A stretch of 64,000 bases of DNA from contig OZ240617.1 of assembly GCA_965198365.1 (NCBI GenBank), forward strand, positions 835,938 through 899,937, written 5' to 3'. The DNA comes from Candidatus Aldehydirespiratoraceae bacterium. Lineage in GTDB: Bacteria > Actinomycetota > Acidimicrobiia > Acidimicrobiales > Aldehydirespiratoraceae. Within the stretch, counting starts at the first letter, position 1. The number at the start of each line of letters is the position of its first letter. The notes below the pieces were generated by a model. It was not told where the DNA came from. It saw only the letters and a list, made by a program, of their open reading frames with translations, and did not search any database. A program made the translations under genes and the position numbers. Positions 47,357 to 56,145 of this stretch are shown here, piece by piece.

Positions 47357-48496
47357 GTGGACCTGGAACTGAGCGACGATCAGATTGATCTGCGGGACAA
47401 TGTCCGGGCCGTTCTTGCCCGTGAGTGCCCCGCTTCGGTCGTGCGTGGTGTCTACGAGGGCACCGCTGATGCCGATGCTCTATGGCAGCAGATGGTTGAG
47501 CTTGGCTGGCCCGCGCTCGGGATCCCCGAAGAGTACGGGGGTCTCGGCATGGGGTTTGTCGAGTTGGGGATCGTCGCGGAGGAACTGGGAAGGGTCAGTG
47601 CGCCGACACCGTTGCTTGCCACCATCACTCATTTCGTACCGCTGCTTCTTGAGACGCTCCAGAACGTCCCGAACCCTGAGATTGGTGATCTGCTCGCTGA
47701 AGTTGCGGTGGGCGCCCGTACTGGTTCGTTGGCGTTTGCGGAGAACGGGCGATGGTCAGCGGGTTCGATCAACACCACGGCATTTGGCGAAGGCGATTCC
47801 GTGACGGTCACGGGCCGCAAGACAGACGTACTTGCCGGTACCGAGGTCGATTCGTTCGTGGTCGTGGCCCGCCGAGCCGATTCCGACCGCCGTGGCCGGT
47901 TGGGGGCTTATCTAGTTGAACGCGCAGACACCGAAGTAGTTGCCTCGAAGGTCATTGATCCAGCTCTTGGTTTGGCCGACGTGAGCTTCGAAGCGGCGCC
48001 TGCCAGGGCGCTTCTTGGTGGAGATTCCGACGGTGAGATTTCGCGGACCACCGAGCAAGCCGTTGTGGCGATGGCCTTGCATACCGTTGGTGCCTGCCGC
48101 AGGATCTTCGAAGTCACGCTCGAATACGCCAAGGTGCGTGAACAATACGATCGCATCATCGGTTCGTTTCAAGCGTTGAAGCATCGTTTCGCCGACATGT
48201 ACCTGGCGGTGGAGAAAGCCAATGCCATCTGCTATTTCGCGGCGTTGGCCGTTGCCGAGGACGATCCTCGTCGCAGCGAAGCGAGCCATGTCGCCAAGGT
48301 GGCGTCGAGCGACTGTCAGAAGCTGCTGGCTGAAGAAGGACTGCAACTTCACGGAGGGATCGGTTACACATGGGAGAACGATCTTCACTTTCTGCTGAAA
48401 CGAGCCAAGGTCGGTGACGTCTTGTGCGGTTCGGTTTCGTGGCATCGCACACAACTGGCTGAGCTGTTGGGACTCTCCGTTGAGGTGTCGCCATGA
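47357..48496 (+). CDS. acyl-CoA dehydrogenase family protein
   Basis: FQALKHRFADM, LHGGIGYTWENDLH. Confidence 0.8.
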   Translation: MDLELSDDQIDLRDNVRAVLARECPASVVRGVYEGTADADALWQQMVELGWPALGIPEEYGGLGMGFVELGIVAEELGRVSAPTPLLATITHFVPLLLETLQNVPNPEIGDLLAEVAVGARTGSLAFAENGRWSAGSINTTAFGEGDSVTVTGRKTDVLAGTEVDSFVVVARRADSDRRGRLGAYLVERADTEVVASKVIDPALGLADVSFEAAPARALLGGDSDGEISRTTEQAVVAMALHTVGACRRIFEVTLEYAKVREQYDRIIGSFQALKHRFADMYLAVEKANAICYFAALAVAEDDPRRSEASHVAKVASSDCQKLLAEEGLQLHGGIGYTWENDLHFLLKRAKVGDVLCGSVSWHRTQLAELLGLSVEVSP

Positions 48497-49677
48497 AACT
48501 GCAGTTCGATGAGGGTGTCGAGGCGTTTCGGGCTGAGTTTCTGCAGTGGTTGGAACTGAACCGTCCGTCGGTTCAGGAGATGGCCGACGATCCGGCGCGA
48601 TCGAGCGGTCATAGTCCTGATTGGGCCAGAGCCTGGACCCGACGGATGTTTGATTCGGGCTGGTTGGTTCCGGGATGGCCCCCGCATTTGGGAGGACGTA
48701 ACGCCGGGCCGATCGAGACGCTCGTCTACCTGGAGGAGTTGAGCCGTTCGGAGGTGCCCCGCACCACCAACCCGCAGGGACTGGGGATTGTCGCCCCCTC
48801 TTTGGTGGACTACGGCACTGCGGAGCAGATCGAGGAGTACGCCATGCCGCTGCTGCGTGGCGAGCGAACCGCTTGTCTGGGGATGAGCGAGCCGGATGCC
48901 GGCAGCGATCTGGCCAACTTGAAGACCCGTGCGGTGCTTGACGGTGACCGTTTCGTCATCAACGGGCAGAAAGTCTGGACCTCGGGGGCTGGTTACGCCG
49001 ATTTCTGTTTCTTGTTCTGTCGCACCGATCCTGACGCCCCGAAGCATCGCGGTATCTCCATCGTGTTGTTGCCGCTGGACACCGAAGGGGTGACTGTTCG
49101 TCCACTCAAAGAGCTTGTGCATCCCGACTTTCCCGATCTGTCTGAGGTGTTCCTCGACGACGTGATCGTTCCGGTTTCCAACCTCGTTGGCGAACTGAAC
49201 GACGGTTGGAAGATGGCCGGTGGATCGTTGGCTCATGAGCGCTCCATGGTGTGGCTCACGAGCGTGTTGGGCGTGGAGTCGGCCATGGCGGAACTGCTGG
49301 AGATGGCCCCAGAGATCATGGCACCTTTGAGTCCCCGTGAGCAGGTGATCGCAGCCGATGACATTGTCGGGTTCTATGTTGAGGCGCAATGCGCTCGGGC
49401 GCTGGGTTACCGCGGCTTTGCCCGTTTCGTGAAGGGTGGCACCGCCCCTGAGCAGGCTCTTATGAAGATGTATGCCAGCGAGTTGCGGCGTGAACTCGGT
49501 CGGGTGACAGCGCAGTGGCACGGCCCCGCGGCGTTGGCGGTTTCGGAGGGAAGGCGCAGTTCCCTGGGACTCATCGAAGACTATTTCGGCACGTTCGGTA
49601 GCACGATCTCTGCCGGTTCCTCGGAGATTCAGCGCAACATCATCGCCGAACGCATCCTCAACCTCCCCCGCGGCTGA
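48493..49677 (+). CDS. acyl-CoA dehydrogenase family protein
   Basis: CLGMSEPDAGSD, INGQKVWTSGA, ISAGSSEIQRNIIAERIL. ATGA overlap with the upstream ACAD gene. Confidence 0.8.
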   Translation: MKLQFDEGVEAFRAEFLQWLELNRPSVQEMADDPARSSGHSPDWARAWTRRMFDSGWLVPGWPPHLGGRNAGPIETLVYLEELSRSEVPRTTNPQGLGIVAPSLVDYGTAEQIEEYAMPLLRGERTACLGMSEPDAGSDLANLKTRAVLDGDRFVINGQKVWTSGAGYADFCFLFCRTDPDAPKHRGISIVLLPLDTEGVTVRPLKELVHPDFPDLSEVFLDDVIVPVSNLVGELNDGWKMAGGSLAHERSMVWLTSVLGVESAMAELLEMAPEIMAPLSPREQVIAADDIVGFYVEAQCARALGYRGFARFVKGGTAPEQALMKMYASELRRELGRVTAQWHGPAALAVSEGRRSSLGLIEDYFGTFGSTISAGSSEIQRNIIAERILNLPRG

Positions 49678-49718
49678 GCACCCCCGGTACATTTGGGCAA
49701 CTCCCTGGTCTGCGCCCC

Positions 49719-49746
49719 TTGACATTGATTTGCAGTCAAGTAATGT
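49719..49746 (+). promoter_or_regulatory. sigma70-like promoter TTGACA-N16-TAATGT with CTTGAC/GTCAAG dyad, upstream of relBE
   Basis: Hexamers at 49719-49724 and 49741-49746. The dyad CTTGAC-N11-GTCAAG spans the spacer. GAGGAG at 49783-49788 precedes ATG 49796. Confidence 0.4.
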
Positions 49747-49795
49747 CAGCGACATTGGTATGGGTCAGACGACTTCGGTTGTGAGGAGTCCAAAC

Positions 49796-50017
49796 ATGAG
49801 TCAAATCACCGCACGGGTTCCCGATGAACTTGTGGAGGCACTGGATGCGGCCGCTGAGGAATTGAAGCGCAGCCGGGCCGAAGTCATCCGCCAGGCCTTG
49901 GAGCGTTATCTGGAGGACTATGACGATCTTGGCGTAGCTCTGGAGCGATTACGTGACCCGACTGACCCGGTACTCGATTGGGAGCGGGTCAGAGATGAGC
50001 TACTCGGTTCGGATTAA
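49796..50017 (+). CDS. RHH (CopG/RelB-like) antitoxin
   Basis: ITARVPDELVEALDAAAEELKRSRAEVIRQALERYL. Preceded by a good SD and overlaps the toxin gene. Confidence 0.7.
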   Translation: MSQITARVPDELVEALDAAAEELKRSRAEVIRQALERYLEDYDDLGVALERLRDPTDPVLDWERVRDELLGSD

Positions 50018-50255
50018 GCGCAGCGCGACCCGAGAACTGGCGCAGATTACTCGCCGGGATCGAGAGCGCCTCGTGTATGCCGTTGATCGTCTTCGTGAAC
50101 AACCGCATGTGGGGTACCCGCTGAAGGGCGACTTGCGGGGTCTTCGTCGCATACGCGTTGGCGACTACCGGGTGGTGTACGAAGTGCTCGACGATGAGTT
50201 GGTGGTTCTCGTCGTTCGAATCACGCATCGTCGGGAGGCCTATCGCCGCCACTAG
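49995..50255 (+). CDS. RelE/ParE-family toxin
   Basis: YSVRIKRSATRELAQI...LKGDLRGLRRIRVGDYRVVYEVLDDELVVLVVRITHRREAY. Confidence 0.75.
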   Translation: MSYSVRIKRSATRELAQITRRDRERLVYAVDRLREQPHVGYPLKGDLRGLRRIRVGDYRVVYEVLDDELVVLVVRITHRREAYRRH

Positions 50256-50320
50256 GACAGCCAGGCAGAAGGCCTTCCCGGAATGAACGTTCGTGGCGGC
50301 GAATCTCGGTGCTTGGAAAC

Positions 50321-50390
50321 GTGTCTCCAAATCCCCGAGAGAATGTGCTCCAAATCCCTAAAATAAATGCCTCTAAATCCCTAAAATAGG
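50321..50390. repeat. 23-bp periodic triple repeat (CTC(C/T)AAATCCC core) in an AT-rich spacer
   Basis: Cores at 50325-50335, 50348-50358 and 50371-50381. The last two units extend to CTC(C/T)AAATCCCTAAAATA. Confidence 0.85.
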
Positions 50391-50425
50391 TTCTCTGAAT
50401 TCTCGATCCGAGCTATCGTGGCGGC

Positions 50426-51679
50426 ATGACGCAGTTCGTTGACAGGCGGATAGCCACAAGTGTGCTCGACCGGCTGGCAGACGAGCCGGTAGTGGCGTTG
50501 CAAGGGCCGCGCACTGTGGGCAAGTCGACGCTGCTCGCCGAGGTCGCTCGTCGCCACGGTGTCGAGGTGATCGATCTCGACCAGCCGGCGATTAGCGATG
50601 CCGTCTCGGTCGATCCGGCGACCTTCGCCGCGGGACCTGCGCCGGTGTGCTTCGACGAGTTCCAGAAGGCGCCGGTGATTCTCGATGCCATGAAGGCCGA
50701 GTTGAATCGCCACCTGTCGCCAGGGCGTTTCGTCATCACCGGCTCGACGCGTTTCGACGCGTTGCCGACGGCCGCGCAGGCGCTGACCGGCCGGATTCAC
50801 ATCATCGACGTGCTGCCGTTCTCGCAGGGCGAGCTCGCCGCCCATGATGAGCAGTTCCTGAGCGTCGTGTTGAGCGACCCGGCCTCCCTCGTCCCGGCGG
50901 ACAGATCGACTACGACACGCGCCGGCTACATCGACAGGCTCTGCGCCGGTGGTATGCCGCTTGCCGTGGCCCGAACCCCGCAGGGCCGCCGACGTTGGTT
51001 CGACGACTATTTGCGAATGTCGTTGGAGCGCGATATCCGGGACCTGACCAAGGTCCGCCAAGGAGCGCTGATGCCGGCACTGTTGCGGCGCCTCGCCGGC
51101 CAGACGGCACAGGTGCTGAACATGGCACAAGCCGCCCGCGCGGTCGGGCTGAAGGCCGCGACAGCCGAAACCTATACACGGCTGCTGGAGGACCTGTTTC
51201 TCATTCGACGGTTGGAAGCATGGGGACGGACCCTTCGCTCACGTGCTGTAGCGTCGCCCAAGGTGCATGTGCTCGACAGCGGCGTGGCAGCCAGGCTCAT
51301 GGGCGTCACACCGCAACGCCTGGCCCGTCATGACCCCGCAGCGCTGGTCGAGTTCGGTCACCTGTTCAAGACGTTCGTCGTGGGCGAGCTGCTCAAGCAG
51401 GTGTCGTGGACGGACGACATCGCATCGGTCGGTCATTGGCGCACCCATGACGGCCAAGAGGCCGACCTCGTCATCGAGCGCGCCGACGGGTCGATCGTAG
51501 CGATCGAGGTGAAAGCCGCCTCCCGTGTTGACCGCCGTGATGCCCGCGGCCTGCGTGCACTGCGCGAGACACTGGGCGACGGGTTCCTCGCAGGCGTCGT
51601 GATCAGCACCGGCGAGATGTCGTACCGTCTCGAGGACCGGATCTGGGTAATCCCAGCAGACCGCCTCTGGAGCGTATGA
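50426..51679 (+). CDS. AAA-type ATPase with DUF4143 domain
   Basis: Walker A LQGPRTVGKST, a Walker B-like PVCFDEFQ, and a C-terminal EADLVIER...IVAIEVK restriction-endonuclease-like DUF4143 pattern. Confidence 0.8.
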   Translation: MTQFVDRRIATSVLDRLADEPVVALQGPRTVGKSTLLAEVARRHGVEVIDLDQPAISDAVSVDPATFAAGPAPVCFDEFQKAPVILDAMKAELNRHLSPGRFVITGSTRFDALPTAAQALTGRIHIIDVLPFSQGELAAHDEQFLSVVLSDPASLVPADRSTTTRAGYIDRLCAGGMPLAVARTPQGRRRWFDDYLRMSLERDIRDLTKVRQGALMPALLRRLAGQTAQVLNMAQAARAVGLKAATAETYTRLLEDLFLIRRLEAWGRTLRSRAVASPKVHVLDSGVAARLMGVTPQRLARHDPAALVEFGHLFKTFVVGELLKQVSWTDDIASVGHWRTHDGQEADLVIERADGSIVAIEVKAASRVDRRDARGLRALRETLGDGFLAGVVISTGEMSYRLEDRIWVIPADRLWSV

Positions 51680-51800
51680 CCACGGGCGTGAATGCACTTG
51701 CAGAACTCCGCACCGGCACGCATGTTGAACCAACGCCTCTTTCGAAGGTCATGGCCTCGCGCCGCTACGATCAGCGCTGCGAAGCTTCAAAGGGGGAAAT

Positions 51801-54212
51801 GTGGCCCTTCGTCCACTTGCCGGGATTCGAGTTGTAGACCTCACCGTTGAGCGGGGTGAACTGTGCGGTCGCGTATTGAGCGACCTGGGGGCCGATGTCA
51901 TCCGAATTGAGCCGCCTGGTGGTTCTGCGTCACGCCGGATGGCACCGATCGACGGTGACCATTCGCTGTTTTGGACTTTCCGCAACTGCGGCAAACGCAG
52001 TGCTGTGGTCGATCTGTCAGACGAAGACCGTGAACGACTCCACGGGCTGATCGCGGCGAGCGACGTAGTGATCGATTCGGCAGAACCAGAAACGCACGCA
52101 GACCCGGAACTCGATGCCGAAGCTCTCTTTGAGCGTCACCCTCATCTGATCGTGGCTTCCATCACCGCGTACGGCCGAACCGGCCCATGGGCTGGACGGG
52201 ATGTGCCCAACGCGGTTGTCGACGCAACCGGCGGCATGGCTTTCAAGGCGGGTACCCATGAGGGGGGCCCGATCCTTCCACCAGGCAACATCGCCGATGA
52301 CACAGCCTCGTTCACCACGGTGTTCGGGATCCTCTGTGCTCTTTGGCAGCGGGAAAGCTCCGGAGCAGGTCAAGTCATCGACGCGTCGGCCAACGAGTGC
52401 GTGGCTCAGACAACGGACTGGTCCCTGTCGAATTGGAGCCGTTCTGCAGACGCCGGAGATCCCTCCTCGGAACGGCGTGCGGGACCGGGAGTGGTCTACA
52501 CGATCATTCCCTGCGCCGACGGTTTCGTCCGCTTGATCGTGCTGAGCCCTCGCCAGTGGCATGCGATCCGTTCTTGGATGGGGGAGCCCGACTTTCTCCA
52601 GGACCCTGAACTCGATGGGTTCATCGGCCGCTTGATGATCGCCGACGCGGTACTCAACCCTCTCTACGCCGAGCTCTTCGCGACGATGACCATGGCCGAG
52701 GTGTCCGAACAGGCTCAGGCGCGGGGGATCGTCTGCACGCCGTTTCTGAAACCCGACGATGTTCTGGTCAACCCCCACTTCGAGAGCCGCAATACCTTCG
52801 ATCACGTAACGATCGACGACGGGCGTGTAATGAAGTTGCCCTCGGGCTGGTTCGAGGTGGACGGTGAACGCTGCGGTCCAACCGGTCGCCCTCCCCATAT
52901 CGGCGAACACACCGAGGAGGTGTTTGCGTCTACCCCCGAACCGCCTCCTGTGCTCGCTGCCCCGGCGAAACAAGCACCGCCGAAACAAGCACCGCCTCAT
53001 AAGGCGCCGCCGCTGAAGGGCGTGCGAGTGATGGACTTCGGGCATGGTGGGGTTGGCGTGGAGTGCGGTCGCATGTTCGGCGAATACGGAGCTGATGTCG
53101 TCAAGATCGAGAGCCGTAGCTATATCGACTTCATTCGTTCGGTACTCGGTGGGGAGATGTCTCCGTCGTTCGCCTCGTCGAACCGCTCCAAACGCAGCCT
53201 GGGTGTCAACGCCAAGACCGAGCGAGGGGTGGAACTGCTCCGAAATATGGCGCGTGACGCGGACATCATCATCGAGAACAATTCCACCGGCACGATTGAC
53301 GATATGGGACTCGGCTATGCGGTGATGAAGGCTGCCAACCCGGATGTGGTGATGGTTTCGAGTCAGCTCATGGGGTCTAGGGGTCTCTGGGCTGACTGGT
53401 TCGGGTATGGCCCGAATACCCAGGTAACTGGGGGTTTGGCTCATCTGTGGAACTACGAGGACTACCCTGAGCCTGCGGGTAACCAGTCGATCTACCCCGA
53501 TCATTTCGCAGGTCGAGTGTGTGCGGTGGCCGCGCTGGCAAACTTGTTGGGGCGACAACGGCTTGGCGTCGGTGGCGCACATGTGGAGGTTTGCCAGGTT
53601 GAACAGGCGGTGTCGACGATCGGTGATCTTTTGGCCAAAGAGTCTTTGGTCCCCGGTTCGGTGCAGCCCCGCGGCAACCATTCCGACCGTGGTTCTCCTT
53701 GGGGTCTCTACCCCTGCGAAGGCGACGACCATTGGGTTGCGATATGTGTTCGCAACGACAGGGAGTGGGAAGCGCTGGTTTCGCTGATGGGGTCACCGAC
53801 TTGGGCAACGAGTCCTGAGCTTGCCGACGAGCAGGGTCGCCGCGCCGACGAAGTCACCGTCGACAAGAAAGTCGCCGAGTGGACCCGCACGATGTCCAAT
53901 GCGGAGGTGGTCGACATTTGTTTGGCAGCGGGGGTTCCCGCGGGAATCATGCACACCGGCAGTTCGCAATCGACAGATCCGCATCTCGAAGCTCGCGGCT
54001 ATTTGCATCGGATGTATCAGCCACCAATCGGCGACATGATCTTTGAGGGAGCGGCTTTCCATGCCAGTGCCATGGAGGGTCCAGATATTTTCCCGGCTCC
54101 GGGGCTCGGCGAGCACACGCGTGAGGTTGTCTCGGAGTGGTTGGGCCTCGACGCCACCGAGATCGAGAATCTGGTGGCCGAGGGCGTTCTGGAGATCGAC
54201 CTGAGCAGCTAG
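51801..54212 (+). CDS. tandem double family-III (CaiB/BaiF) CoA-transferase
   Basis: Two full modules, each opening with G(I/V)RV(V/M)D(L/F)...G..L.D.GADV(I/V)(R/K)IE. They are joined by a Pro/Ala/Lys-rich linker. GTG 51801 follows GGGGGA. Confidence 0.8.
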   Translation: MALRPLAGIRVVDLTVERGELCGRVLSDLGADVIRIEPPGGSASRRMAPIDGDHSLFWTFRNCGKRSAVVDLSDEDRERLHGLIAASDVVIDSAEPETHADPELDAEALFERHPHLIVASITAYGRTGPWAGRDVPNAVVDATGGMAFKAGTHEGGPILPPGNIADDTASFTTVFGILCALWQRESSGAGQVIDASANECVAQTTDWSLSNWSRSADAGDPSSERRAGPGVVYTIIPCADGFVRLIVLSPRQWHAIRSWMGEPDFLQDPELDGFIGRLMIADAVLNPLYAELFATMTMAEVSEQAQARGIVCTPFLKPDDVLVNPHFESRNTFDHVTIDDGRVMKLPSGWFEVDGERCGPTGRPPHIGEHTEEVFASTPEPPPVLAAPAKQAPPKQAPPHKAPPLKGVRVMDFGHGGVGVECGRMFGEYGADVVKIESRSYIDFIRSVLGGEMSPSFASSNRSKRSLGVNAKTERGVELLRNMARDADIIIENNSTGTIDDMGLGYAVMKAANPDVVMVSSQLMGSRGLWADWFGYGPNTQVTGGLAHLWNYEDYPEPAGNQSIYPDHFAGRVCAVAALANLLGRQRLGVGGAHVEVCQVEQAVSTIGDLLAKESLVPGSVQPRGNHSDRGSPWGLYPCEGDDHWVAICVRNDREWEALVSLMGSPTWATSPELADEQGRRADEVTVDKKVAEWTRTMSNAEVVDICLAAGVPAGIMHTGSSQSTDPHLEARGYLHRMYQPPIGDMIFEGAAFHASAMEGPDIFPAPGLGEHTREVVSEWLGLDATEIENLVAEGVLEIDLSS
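52966..52995 (+). repeat. perfect 15-bp x2 tandem repeat (cgaaacaagcaccgc) in the interdomain linker
   Basis: Encodes AKQAPPKQAPP. Confidence 0.9.
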
Positions 54213-54215
54213 CGA

Positions 54216-55517
54216 CTAGCCGGCTTCGGAGTGGGTGACCGCGGGTTCTCCCATCCACTCACGCAGAGTGTTCTTCAGTTTGGTTTGCTGAATGAACAGG
54301 TCCTGTTCGGCAGGAACATCGCTGGTGGCCTGTGGGGCTTTGAGATAGAAGCTCAACCATTCCTGTACGCCGGACTCACCGGCGCGTGCCGCTAGATCCA
54401 TGAACAGCGCCAGATCCAAGACGATCGGAGCGGCAAGGATCGAGTCGCGGCACAGGAAGTCGATCTTGATCTGCATCGGGTAGCCCATCCATCCGAAGAT
54501 GTCGATGGCGTCCCAGCCCTCTTTGTTGTCGCCACGCGGTGGGTAATAGTTGATTCGCACCACATGGTCGACGTTGCCGTAGAGATCGGGGTAGGTCTCG
54601 GGTTGCAAGATCGTGTGCAGCACCCCCAACTTCGACTCCTCTTTGGTCTTGAAGTTCTCCGGTGCGTCGAGCACCTCACCGTCTCGGTTACCCAGAATAT
54701 TGGTGGAGTACCAGCCGCGAAGCCCCAGCATCCGAGCCTTCAGCCCAGGTGCGATAAGGGTTTTCATGAGCGTCTGCCCGGTCTTGAAGTCCTTGCCCGC
54801 GATCGGCACACGGTTGCGTTGAGACAACTCGATCATGCACGGCAGGTCGGTCGACAGGTTGGGGGCGCCATTGGCGAAAGGCACACCGGACTGCAATGCG
54901 GCGTAGACGTAGATCTGGCTGGGGGAGATGTTGTCGTCGTTGTTCTTGAGACCATTCTCGAACGACTCGATGGTGGCGTGGACCTCGCTGGGTTCTTGGA
55001 AGGCCTCGGTTGAACCGCACCACACCATGACCAGACGGTCGCAGTCGTTCTCAATGCGGAAGTTCTCTATGTCGGATATGAGCGCCATTGCCTGATCCCA
55101 CATGTTGGTCTCGGTCTTGATGCGGGCCCCGCTGAGGCGGCTGACCCAGCGTTGGTCGAACACTGCGTCCATGGCGATGATGCCTTCCATCTCTGCCGAA
55201 ATCGGGGCCAGGTCGCGTTCATCGAGAACTCCGCAGGTGCGGGCAGCTTCGAGGGCGTTGGCTGAGATCGGATCCCATCCCCCGAAAACGATGTCGTCGA
55301 GGGAAGCCAAGGGCACGAAGTCGCGGATCAGTGGATTGCGGTTCTCGTCTCGGGTTCCAAGACGAATGTGGGCCATCTGGCTGACAGAACCGAGGGGGGC
55401 AGCGCCGGATTGGCGTGCCGCGAGCACACCGGCGGTGAACGTGGAGGCTACGGCACCCATTCCAGGGGTCAGCACTCCGAGTTTGCCGGTGGGAGGTGTA
55501 ATGTCACGAGCAGTCAT
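54216..55517 (-). CDS. ino1: inositol-3-phosphate synthase
   Basis: TGKLGVLTPGMGAVASTFTAG, NGAPNL, AGKDFKTGQTLMKT and STNILGNRDG motifs. ATG 55517 is preferred; the ORF is open to 55610. Confidence 0.75.
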   Translation of the reverse strand: MTARDITPPTGKLGVLTPGMGAVASTFTAGVLAARQSGAAPLGSVSQMAHIRLGTRDENRNPLIRDFVPLASLDDIVFGGWDPISANALEAARTCGVLDERDLAPISAEMEGIIAMDAVFDQRWVSRLSGARIKTETNMWDQAMALISDIENFRIENDCDRLVMVWCGSTEAFQEPSEVHATIESFENGLKNNDDNISPSQIYVYAALQSGVPFANGAPNLSTDLPCMIELSQRNRVPIAGKDFKTGQTLMKTLIAPGLKARMLGLRGWYSTNILGNRDGEVLDAPENFKTKEESKLGVLHTILQPETYPDLYGNVDHVVRINYYPPRGDNKEGWDAIDIFGWMGYPMQIKIDFLCRDSILAAPIVLDLALFMDLAARAGESGVQEWLSFYLKAPQATSDVPAEQDLFIQQTKLKNTLREWMGEPAVTHSEAG

Positions 55518-55628
55518 CCCCTGAGCATATGAGCAGGAGCGGTGCTCGAAGTGTTGCTGGGCGCGGGTTCGTTCTAGAGTCACGACGGTCAAGACAATCG
55601 AATCAGACAATCAGCCAGGGAGACTCTG

Positions 55629-56099
55629 ATGAGCAATGCAGCAAACGCCTATGAACTTCTGAAAGCGAGGGAGGGCGTCGATGAGGGCCACGGCGACTGG
55701 TTTGAGATCACCCAGGAACAGATCAATCAGTTCGCTGATTGCACCATCGACCACCAGTTCATCCACATCGACGCGCAGCGGGCGACCCCAGTGTTCGGCG
55801 GGACGATCGCCCACGGTTTCCTGACGCTGTCGATGCTGACCCATCTCACCAACTCCATTGAGCAGGAATTGCCGCCGCTCACGGGCGTGCTGATGGGCAT
55901 CAACTACGGCTTTGACCGGGTGCGGTTCCTAACGCCGGTCATTTCTGGTAGCCGAGTTCGAGCGAACAGCGTGATCAGCAAGGTGGAATTGAAAGGTGCG
56001 GCGATCAACAGCACCCGCGTGATAACCGTTGAGATTGACGGGTCCCCAAGGCCCGCACTGGTCGCCGAATGGATCGGCCGGATTGTATTTGATAGCTAA
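55629..56099 (+). CDS. MaoC-like (R)-specific enoyl-CoA hydratase/dehydratase
   Basis: FADCTIDHQFIHID......FGGTIAHGFLTLS hot-dog motif. Confidence 0.8.
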   Translation: MSNAANAYELLKAREGVDEGHGDWFEITQEQINQFADCTIDHQFIHIDAQRATPVFGGTIAHGFLTLSMLTHLTNSIEQELPPLTGVLMGINYGFDRVRFLTPVISGSRVRANSVISKVELKGAAINSTRVITVEIDGSPRPALVAEWIGRIVFDS

Positions 56100-56145
56100 T
56101 TGCTGGAACTTTCGCAGCTACAACACAACTACCTAGGGAGCAGGG

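Noticed and set aside
48385-49755. Long antisense ORFs opposite well-supported genes: 456 aa here, and also 52017-53732 (571 aa), 9095-9940, 6564-7346, 41359-42063, 57971-58783, 59672-60457, 50381-51130 and 44728-45261.
   Set aside because: They mirror genes with clear family motifs, are Arg/Pro/Gly/His-rich low-complexity translations typical of the reverse strand of high-GC coding DNA, and lack recognisable motifs or start contexts.
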